From: Chiloscyllium plagiosum
Lineage: Eukaryota
Direction of reading: 5' to 3'
Assembly: GCF_004010195.1 (NCBI RefSeq)
Contig: NC_057719.1
Span: 71,030,153 to 71,090,173 of the forward strand
DNA: 60,021 nucleotides
Part shown: piece by piece, positions 51,071 through 60,021 of the stretch
How positions within the stretch are numbered: the first letter of the stretch is position 1
Layout: each line of letters starts with the position of its first letter
The notes under the pieces: model-generated
The model's database searches: none
What the model saw: the letters and a program-made list of their open reading frames with translations, nothing else
What the model was told of the DNA's origin: nothing
Translations under genes and position numbers: made by a program

Positions 51071-51289
51071 GCTCTCCATCACTGGTGAAATTTGTCAGTG
51101 GCAGGAATGACAACCATGTACCAGCACAAGGCAAGTTTATCTCTTGCTATCATTCCTTACTCCTGGTGGGACCTGAATGTGTTCAACCTTTGGATATATG
51201 TCTCAGCCATCTCTATCCTCTCCAATTAAAAAATACATCAGTGCTGTAAACAGTGACTTTTAATTGATAGGTCAAACCAGTCACCCTGT

Positions 51290-51701
51290 GCCTCCTACAA
51301 ATAGGTGAAAGTGAAAGGGAAGATGGCGAAGTAATGATCAGCAGAAGAATCAAACCCTGTGAACAGGGACTACTGAATTGCCTTTCCCTCCACCCACAAT
51401 ACCATGTTATTTTATGTCTGTGTATCTTATGTCTGTCTATCTGTGTTTGTGTGTAGAGGATGAGTTTTTAAGTGAGTTGTAACTAGTGCAGTTTATAATT
51501 GTTTATCTGTCGTTAAATAACCATTTATTATAAATAAATAAAATCTGTTATGTACAGAAACGTCTTGGTGCTTTCTGTCAATCTGGGACTAAATGACAGA
51601 TAAACTGGTGAATCTTTTTTACTTTTCACAATATTTTTATGATGACTCCCTGAGAATAGCAAGGCTTCATTTTCAGCATGCTACCCCAGTGAGAGTTAAC
51701 A
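51290..51701 (+). mobile_element. Solo-LTR-like repeat, 3' part
   Basis: AATAAA signal, ends ...GTTAACA; homologous to 32255-32520(-). Confidence 0.45.
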
Positions 51702-51714
51702 ACAGTGAGTCCTT

Positions 51715-51947
51715 CACAGACCCCGACTAATATTTATTCTTCAACCAACATCACCACAAAGGCAGAATGCATGGTCATTATCATAATGCTGTGTGAGACC
51801 CAGCTGTGTGCAAACCATTGAATTTTCAACATTTTAACAATGGTTATATTTTTAAAAGCTATATGGCATTATAGGACATCCTTAAGTCACAAAAGGTTGA
51901 ATAGACGTTTTTATGTTAGGTGCAGTATAAATGCAAATCCATCTTTC
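51715..51947 (+). mobile_element. Deu-domain SINE 3' half
   Basis: AATATTTATTCTTCAACCAACATCAC...GGTCATTATCA...GCTGTGTGCAAA...TATAAATGCAAATCCATCTTTC. Confidence 0.7.
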
Positions 51948-54900
51948 CTTGCATTTAATCTGACAGGTCTTTTGACGCAGTGGTCCTTAAAGCCAATTCT
52001 TAATAAAGTCTGTGCATTCATAAAGCATTTACAGGTGATGTAGCAAAATATTTTTAAGTTAGCCTGACCTCTCTTGGTCAAAAAGGAATGTTAAATTAAA
52101 AGTTCAAATGAGTCTACTCAAACAGGTTGTGGTAGGTTTTCGTTTGGACCTGTTTTCATCGCTGCCTGAATTAGGAAGGATGAGACTAATCAAAACTGGG
52201 CTTTTGGCTGTCATTTGGTCTCCTATTGGCTTCACATCAATGTTTCTAAAACATTCAACTTTTTATGTAACTAGCATTAGAGTAGCAGCATCCACAATTG
52301 AAATATCTGAGCAGAACAGGTGCAAAGCTTGTGTTGGTCAGGTTAATCCAGTTTCCCTGGAAAGGTTAATTAGGCTTCTACTCAGAATATGCAAAGGGTC
52401 TAGTGTCTGTTTTGGCAGCCACCGTAGACAAATGAAAAAGGCTTGACCTAATGTTGGGTTGGTCTTTTATCAGGCAACCTTAGACGCAGGATGTTTGATA
52501 GTGAAATTGGTCCTTGCACCCATTTAGAGTTGTAAAATAGGTGGAACAGTTTCTGCACCATGTACACAGTGAGCTGTGTGATGAGTTATTGGATATATAA
52601 AGAACAATATTATTAAAATCACATCATGGAAATTGCTAAACTAATTATACTGTTCTCAAGCTGCGCATATGGATTTGGCATGTTGTCTAACTTGTAAAAC
52701 ACAAACAAACAAAGTGGAGATGCAATTGGCAGATCATATTTTCCTCTGTTTACAGTGTTTCAAATCTAAGCTTCTGATTTTTTTTCAGTCATAATATGCT
52801 TTGGACTTACGGTAAAATTAAACTGTTTGAAGGTATATTCTACTTATAATGAAGGATCCTTGATAGCTTAGGTGGAAAATTTAATTAGTCACTGATTTGG
52901 TTGCGATGATCTTAATATATGAGAATAATATACATTTTTGCTGTATTGTTTTAGACTGTGAAACCAAATATTTGCTTTCTTCTTTGTTCTATATTTATGA
53001 AGATGCAGTATTCCTTGAACTGAAGCCACATGCTATATTACACAACTGATAATCACCATTTCCCACACCTTCTTAAAATTACACATGAACTATTATGTTC
53101 TATATTACAGAAGAACTGGCAAGCGGACAAAATGCTTGAGGGAAAAATACAGCATCAAATTTGGATTCTTCGATACATGTCACTTTACTCAAGCATTCCA
53201 CATGATTAAAGTATAAATAGCTGTAATTCTAGTCCAGCTTTTCAGCTAAAATTTCTTTTGCTTGTTGAAACATGCATACAAATCTATTAAATGTGCTCTT
53301 TAATTCTAATACATGTAGTGTATAAAAATGTTTTACAATGTTACGCGTGTCCATTTAAACTTGAAGCTGATTGATAATTTTATATTGGGAACTGAATAGA
53401 CAGTTTTACACTGTTTTTGGATGCATGATAGTCCAAGAGTTTTTAGGCCATTTGTCTGATGTTCAGAATTATTGGATCTTTGTAGTTTGATTATTTAGGT
53501 CATTATATTTAATACCAATTATGAGAGGTAAAAAGTGTTAATGAAATTTTAGACCTATATTTTGTGGAGCTTTGATTCATTGGATTTCATTCTTTGGTGA
53601 GTTGTGATGCAAACAAAAAATGTTAAATATCTGTTTTTAATTTGTTTTGTTCCCAGTACCTGTTGTCTGCCACTGAGGATGCTGGTCCATGTTTCTCTTT
53701 AGTCAACAATTATTTTCTTTGTGGGGCCTAATGAGTGGAATTTGTGTGACTTTAAAATATCACACCTGATGATGGAACTTTGGAACTAAGTCAAATCTTC
53801 TTTGCAGCCTTGGTAATGAGATCTCTGAGTTGACTAGATCCAGAATGCTCCAAGGCAGTGTTGATGATTGAATAGCATTCTGATTCATTCATTAGTGCCA
53901 TGTGAAAGACTTCTCCCGGCAGCTGGATTTTTTTTTCCTCGCTGGTCTGCAAATAGCTCTCCAATTCAATGACTGAATCAATGCACTGGTTTTAGTTAAA
54001 CTCTCAAGTTCAGCAGTAGCATATGATGGTAAACTTCATTGTTTTACTTGATTTAATGTGAGGAGAGATGATCAATGGTGTAAAACTTGGTTACATAAAG
54101 TCCATGTCTTCAGCATTATGGTTGCTCATTCAAGACCAGAAATACATATGCATAAAGCATGGGCACTCTAGCTGTACATGCAGAGTGTACAAGATGCTGT
54201 TTTGTTAAAGGTATTATCCTGGGCCAGCAGTTGTTTCTGAGCTTTGAAATCAGGGCCAGATGGACACCAATTAAAAAAAAGAAGAGACAGAAGAAGTGAC
54301 CAGGCAATTATTTGAAATGGAAAAATATATTTCACAAGGGATAAAATATTTTAAAAATGGAGAGAAAAAAAATTAAGTTGCAGCACATTCTTACCCTAGA
54401 TAAAGAAGGCAAGCAGAGCAGAAAATGTAGTTCATAGACATAAGCCTCAGATCCATCTTGTGGTCTGAACCTATAATTGTCATATGACTTGGTAAGAATG
54501 TACTATAAATATTGAATTCCTTTTCTTCTATGTTAATGATTAACATGAAGATATGTTCAAATCTTGTGGGAATAAGGAGTGAATATAAGAAGCATGTAGT
54601 CTATATTGATATTAAATAAGTTGCAGCATGTACAAGATATTATCACCATTCATGATGGAATTGCTGGTGATGTGCACAATTAAAGTCTTTACTTTTTTAT
54701 TGCATAATCTGTTAATGGGTTGTTCTTTCACAGGTGGTGTTTTGAATACTGTGTTTGACTGAATGACTGGGAGATATGATGCAGTTGGTTCTGAACCCAT
54801 ATAGAGAAAAATATTTTTCATAGCCTGCATCCTTTTTATAACTTTATTTCTTGCAGAATCCATGACCAAGAACAATCCCTCTGTTTTCAGCAAACCACAA

Positions 54901-54997
54901 GGGCTTCCAATCTTTACGCGTCATAGCTCCAATCACTTAAACTGTCATGCTTAACTTTCAAACTTTGATTTTTACACTTGGCTCCCAGTTATTTTTG

Positions 54998-55620
54998 TGT
55001 TCATTCCTAGGATGTGATTATCATGGCAAAGCCAGCATTTATTGCCTGTTCCAGTTACCTTTGTGTAGGTGGTGAGGCACCTTCTTGAGCTGTTGTTGTG
55101 AATGAATTCCTGGATTTTGTTATGAATGAATTCCTGGATTTTGATCTAGTTTCAGAGAGACACAACAATATATTTGCGTCAATTTGGTGTTTAACTTGGA
55201 TGGGTAGTCTGTCCATCCATATACTATCAGGTTTGAAGGTGCTGACAAAGAGGTCTGGGCCCATTGCTTGCTGTCTATGTTGTAAATGGTACACACTGCC
55301 ACTGTGTGCCTATGGTACATGAGCTGATTGTTTAAGGTGGTGGATACAATACAAATTGAGCAGCCTGCTTTTTACAGAATGGTGTTGAGTGTTGTGAGAG
55401 CTGTCCTCTTCCAGGTAAGAGCATAGTATTTCATCAAACTCATAAATTCTGCCTTGCAGATGGTGAATAGGCTTTGAGGATCCAAAAGGCAAGTTACTCA
55501 ACATGGAGTTCCCAAGTCCTGATCTCCTCTTGTGGCCAAGGTATTTGCATGGGGCTCAAGTTCAGTTTGTCTTCAGTGGCAAGCCCTGATGTTGGTGGCC
55601 ATGTCTGGTGCAATGTTAAG
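54998..55620 (-). mobile_element. 3' portion of the 9.5-kb LINE family, with an internal 24-bp tandem duplication (55099-55143)
   Basis: GCCAGCATTTATTGCC...GGTGGTGAGGCACCTTCTTGA; homologous to 7348-7960. Confidence 0.75.
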
Positions 55621-55639
55621 TGAACTAGGAGAATGCCCA

Positions 55640-57827
55640 GGGTAGAAATATTTGCAAGTGTGGCATACTAGAGTTGGCACTTCAGCAAAAATATTTAACT
55701 GAAACTACACAGAGATTGAAAATGGCTTGAGCAACTTTCTACAAGCATGCGGTGTTGTTTGTTGGTCTGAAGGTCATTCAGGGATGTTAGGAAGTGGCAG
55801 TTGAATGATTGCCAGGACAAGCACTCAGCAAGTTACAATCAATAGATACCCACGTTGATGTGCCTATTGAGATTTTGCACCACCTAGTTTCGTGGGGAAG
55901 GAGATGAGAGTTGGAAATGGTGTATAAATAAGGTGAGTTAATGAGATGCAAATACATGGAAATAAGCTGGTTGCCACTCAGTGGTGAAATTCAGGTTCAC
56001 TTAGTGAAGAATTCTGATTCTCCAGGTTCACTGAGTGTTGCACCAGCCCCGTCCAACATCGCCAGCAAGCTCCTCAAGACTTCAGCCACACAAGTCAGCA
56101 TCAGCTAACTATCAGCTTCAACACATTACCAGGCCTGCCCTGGGACCAACTCTCTCACCATTTCAGCTCTTTAGGATTTTACTTTGGTGTTCAGGGGCGT
56201 CATCAACCTGCATGCTTCTGTCAGGTTGCTTTACACACAGAGACAAACGTGCACCGTGTGCACCTGCATAGGATGCACTTCATGACTGTCAGCTTGTTTT
56301 CTGACCACTCACTCACTTTGTGCTGAATTGGAGGTTGCTAGCTCCTGTCCACATCACATTGCTTTCTTAGTATGCACTCACTGATGTCAGAACTGACTTT
56401 CAGGCTGCAGCTACTGTCTGAGTCATACTACTTTCTTACTGCACAGGGGTTTCAGTGCCCAGCTACAAGCTTCCAGTCTCTCTGGCTTCTGATCTTTTTT
56501 TAGCACAGAGGGTGAGGCAGGCAGTTTGCCACAGTGGTGAGCTGCCAGCTGGCACTGAAGCTCTACGCCACATCAACATCAGATCTATAGCATGTGCCAG
56601 CTGTTTACTCAGTAACCTCACTGTATGTGCTTCAAGCAAAGGGGAGCAGTCCTTAATGGGCTGAGCAATGGTTACAAGCATCCAGAGGGAACTGCCACAC
56701 TCTGTCGAGGGTCTTGTTCAAATCCAGTTCATGGGATTGGCTATAGTCAGTCAATGGCTTGATTCTAAAAAAAAAAGTCCAAGGATCCATACCCTTGCAG
56801 ACCTAGGATCGAGCCACAATCAGTGTAATCAGTCCAGGGCTTACAGGTAGGTCAGTCATGATGCTGTGCAGTCATCAGTCTGGGGAGAGAAGGAAGAACT
56901 AATAAAACTGGTGAATGAGGTGTACTGATCTGACTCACCTTGTATGGTTTGTAATAGAGCTCCAGTATGACTGGTAAATGCTTTCTCAAGTATGACTGTG
57001 TTTTATTTCTTGGTTTCTTTGTCTGGAGTTTATCAAATTTTCTTCTATGAGACAAATGAGTGGATTGAGAATGGTGGAAGTGGATAGAAGAGCTGGTGGT
57101 GGGGAATGTCAGAAGAGGAGAGATGGTGAGGTTTCGCCAGGGAGTGTGTAGGCAGTGTCTGTCATTTGGAAGGTGGATGAGCTATATTGATTGGACAATC
57201 TGCTGTATACAATGGTCGGAATTGTAGCCCATGCAGCTTGGTGAGATATGTGCAGTGACAGAGTTAAAGTGAGTGGTGGTCCTGTCAGAGAGAGGGAGCA
57301 GAGAAAAGATTGTGATATTTATCCATGCAGAGTGGAGAAAATCATTAAAAGGCTTCCTACATTGCTGGTGTCCCGTTTCAGCCAGAACACAGTACTTGAC
57401 CCAGGTTTCAATTTGTGTCCAAGCTAGTTTGGTCTGGTATCTGGCCTCCTCCTGTGGATAGCAGGAAAAAGGACCGCCCAACCTTCCACTATTGCAGCAG
57501 CTCAGGTCCCTGTCTGCAAAGTGGGGAAGGTTTGGGCCATGCCCTTGCTTAATACAGTCAGGCACCACAGTTCCTGGTTTACAGCAGCGGTGTGTGCAGC
57601 TGGCCTTTAAATGTAGTGCCAGTACTGTCTGTGCCAGAGATCCCGGCAGGCCAAGCACTTCCACCTCTCTGTGTGAGAAAGCCACACAAGAGCCCAGTCA
57701 TGTAGTCACATAATTAATTGGGTGAACAATGAAAGATTGTGTGAGAATATTACTGCAAGCCCTGGCAGTCTGAGTGCCACGAAGGTCACTCTGTAAAACA
57801 CGAACTGAAATTGTGAGAATTCTGTCT
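55640..57827. mobile_element. PIF/Harbinger-like DNA transposon, internally deleted, with convergent Myb gene
   Basis: Decayed termini GGGTAGAAATAT and GAGAATTCTGTCT; homology with 43757-45030; Myb/SANT remnant on the minus strand. Confidence 0.6.
57323..57535 (-). pseudogene. Harbinger Myb/SANT-like DNA-binding domain remnant
   Basis: ORF 57182-57685(-): PHFADRDL...TKLAWTQIETWV...QQCRKPFNDFLHSA (F..E/DL...AW..I...QCRK..NDL signature). Confidence 0.7.
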
Positions 57828-57949
57828 GCATAGAAATGGCTGATGGCAGTAAACCTACAAAAGTTGTGATGACACCTGATACAAAAGAATACTTCAGAGG
57901 GTGTCACAAAGTGATTCACACCTGACAGAAATGGTGCAGGAGACAGACT

Positions 57950-58620
57950 TAGTAGAAAGCTAACCCTAGAGAAAGCCATTTGAATAGTAAGTGAAGCAGA
58001 GGCCCTGAAATAAAACAAATCAATCCTGAGAAGAGAAGGCAAAACTTGGTACAGGAGATCCAAAGCATTTATTCATGTATTAATGATACAAAACAAAAAT
58101 AACATACCAGGGAAAGCAATGCAGCGAGTGGGACAGCCATCAGACATTGAAAGTTCTTGCTAATGCTGTGATACCTAAAAGGCATAAACAGTGCCCGGCT
58201 TTAAAACTTAGCTGCTTTTATTGTAAGAAAGTATGTCACTTTCAGAAAATGTGCAGAGGCAGATAATAACTATAGGGGAGGCAACAGCCTAGTGGTATTA
58301 TCACTGTAGTATTAATCCAGAGACCCAGGTAATGTTCTGGAGAGCTGGGTATGAATCCTGCCACAGTAGATGGTGGAATTTGAAATCAATAAAATTCTGA
58401 AATTAAGAGTCTTCCTGGTTGTTGGCAAAAACAACCCCATCTGCTTTACTAATGTCTTTTAGGGAAGGAAACTGCCATCCTCACCTGGTCTGGACTATAT
58501 GTGATTTATTGGCTTTTGTGAACTGGTCATATTTAGACATTCTTTCCATACTGGTGAGTAGATGCTAGTGTTGTAGATATAGTTATAGCTCTATAACAGT
58601 AAGCGATCAAATTTAGGTTA
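57950..58620 (+). mobile_element. Ty3/Gypsy gag-protease remnant, interrupted by a SINE
   Basis: LTLEKAI; zinc knuckle QCPALKLSCFYCKKVCHFQKMCR (58188-58257); decayed (D)TG.DASV protease-like motif at about 58545-58575. Confidence 0.75.
58274..58505 (+). mobile_element. tRNA-headed SINE/LINE 5' end (9.5-kb family), 3'-truncated
   Basis: GGGGAGGCAACAGCCTAGTGGTATTATCAC...GGTATGAATCC...AGGGAAGGAAACTGCCATCC. Confidence 0.85.
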
Positions 58621-58774
58621 ATAAATATAGAGAAATCACCTGCTAATCATGATGGCACTATTTGGCTAAAGGTAACAAATAAATTCTTTTCATGTCAGGA
58701 TAAGGATTATTTGGATGTTTATCAAAATTTGCAATGCCCAACATCTGTAGGAGTCTTTTACTCTGAGTAGTTTG

Positions 58775-59106
58775 GAAATCATTCATGCCACACACATGTC
58801 AAGCAATGGCCATCTGCAGCAAGAGAGAATCTAAGCATCTCTCCTTGTCATTCAATAGCAACATTATCACCACCTTCATCTCAATCCATATCCTGGGGGT
58901 TATCATTGACCAGAAACTGGACTAGACATGCTATATAAGTACAGTGTCTACAAAAGTAGGCTAGTAGGGATATGATGTGTGATCCCCTAACTCTTTAAAG
59001 CCTGACCACCATTTATAAATTCAAGTCAGGAGGTTAATGGAATAGTCTCCACTTACCTTACTCTGTGCATCTCCAATAACACTCAAGAAGCTCAACATAA
59101 TCAATA
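58775..59106 (+). mobile_element. RT C-terminal fragment of the 9.5-kb LINE family, cut by the young CR1
   Basis: ILGVIIDQKL, SPITLKKLNIIN; homologous to 10700-11030. Confidence 0.7.
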
Positions 59107-59658
59107 TTGCCTGTCCCCGTTACTCAGAAGGGAAGGGTGAAGAAGAACAGAGCAGTAGTAATTGGGGACTCGATAGTTCGGGGCACAGATAGGCGGTTTT
59201 GTGGGAACGAGAGAGACTCACGTTTGGTATGTTGCCTCCCAGGTGCAAGGGTACGTGATGTCTCTGATCGTGTTTTCCGGGTCCTGGAGGGGGAGGGGGA
59301 GCAGCCCGAAGTCGTGGTCCATATTGGCACCAACGACATAGGTAGGAGGAGTGCCGAGGATGTTAGACAGGCTTTCAGGGAGCTAGGTTGGAAGCTCAGA
59401 GTTAGAACGAACAGAGTTGTTGTCTCTGGTTTGTTACCCGTGCCACGTGATAGAGATTCGAGGAATAGGGAAAGAGAACACATAAATGCGTGGCTACAGG
59501 GATGGTGCAGGAGGGAGGGATTCCGGTTTTTGGATAACTGGGGTTCTTTCTGGGGACGGTGGGACCTCTATAAACAAGATGGTCTACACCTGAACCTGAG
59601 GGGCACCAGTATCCTTGGGGGGAGGTTCGCTAGTGCTCTTCGGGGGGGTTTAAACTAA
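59107..59658 (+). CDS. CR1 ORF1 SGNH esterase domain (5'-truncated, frame open)
   Basis: VIGDSIVRG, CLPGARV, HIGTND, DGLHLN; no stops; CpGs preserved. Confidence 0.9.
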   Translation: MPVPVTQKGRVKKNRAVVIGDSIVRGTDRRFCGNERDSRLVCCLPGARVRDVSDRVFRVLEGEGEQPEVVVHIGTNDIGRRSAEDVRQAFRELGWKLRVRTNRVVVSGLLPVPRDRDSRNREREHINAWLQGWCRREGFRFLDNWGSFWGRWDLYKQDGLHLNLRGTSILGGRFASALRGGLN

Positions 59659-59728
59659 CTCTGCAGGGGCATGGGAACCAGACTGTAGCTTTAGGGTGCA
59701 GGACCTGGAGTGTAGGGAGGTTAGGAAC

Positions 59729-60021
59729 ATGGCACCAATTTCCAAGGAGGGTGTCTGTAAACAGGAAAGTGGCTTGAAGTGTGTATACTTCAATGCAAGA
59801 AGTATACGAAATAAGGTAGGTGAACTTGCAGCGTGGGTAGGTACCTGGGACTTCGATGTTGTGGCTATTACGGAGACATGGCTAGAACAGGGACAGGATT
59901 GGCAGTTGCGGGTTCCAGGATTTAAATGTTTTAGTAGGGACAGAGGTGGGGGTAAAAGAGGGGGAGGTATGGCATTGCTTGTCAAAGATAGTATTACAGA
60001 GGTGGAAAGGACGATGGATGA
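59729..60021 (+). CDS. CR1 ORF2 N-terminus (APE endonuclease), open to the window end
   Basis: MAPISKEG...KCVYFNARSIRNK...DVVAITETWL...RDRGGGKRGGGMALLVKD. Confidence 0.9.
   Translation, partial: MAPISKEGVCKQESGLKCVYFNARSIRNKVGELAAWVGTWDFDVVAITETWLEQGQDWQLRVPGFKCFSRDRGGGKRGGGMALLVKDSITEVERTMD

Noticed and set aside
53111..53210. Candidate coding exon after TATATTACAG
   Set aside because: Weak donor and no recognisable peptide; the same holds for acceptors at 42116 and 53656
59107..59109. TTG start codon for ORF1
   Set aside because: Coincides with the 5' truncation junction; the zinc-finger N-terminus is missing
1..60021. CRISPR array, operon or prokaryotic/viral defence system
   Set aside because: No regularly spaced repeat-spacer array or dense gene packing; all long ORFs are retroelement-derived

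Overview
Eukaryotic, AT-rich, CpG-depleted vertebrate DNA, almost certainly from a shark (inferred from abundant HE1/V-type tRNA SINEs, their CR1 partner LINEs and Deu-domain SINEs). I cannot support any host protein-coding gene: the window reads as a large intron or gene desert packed with layered transposable elements, with assembly gaps of 500 N and 29 N. Elements seen: a Rex1/Babar LINE (0.3-1.7 kb); many CR1 pieces, including a near full-length copy (46.1-50.4 kb) and a young open-frame copy running off the right edge; at least four Penelope-like families whose termini carry minimal hammerhead-ribozyme motifs and form fold-back insertions with 12-16 bp flanking duplications; a CR1/L2-group LINE with a tRNA-derived head plus its SINE-sized deletion derivatives; Ty3/Gypsy remnants not shown as coherent ORFs in the track; and PIF/Harbinger remnants. 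Best leads: the Penelope hammerhead cassettes with breakpoints clustered at the ribozyme core, the tRNA-headed LINE/SINE continuum, and an in-phase U_UUA_AAC slippery heptamer at the CR1 ORF1/ORF2 junction. All family calls are by-eye recognition without database searches, and boundaries of old elements are approximate.
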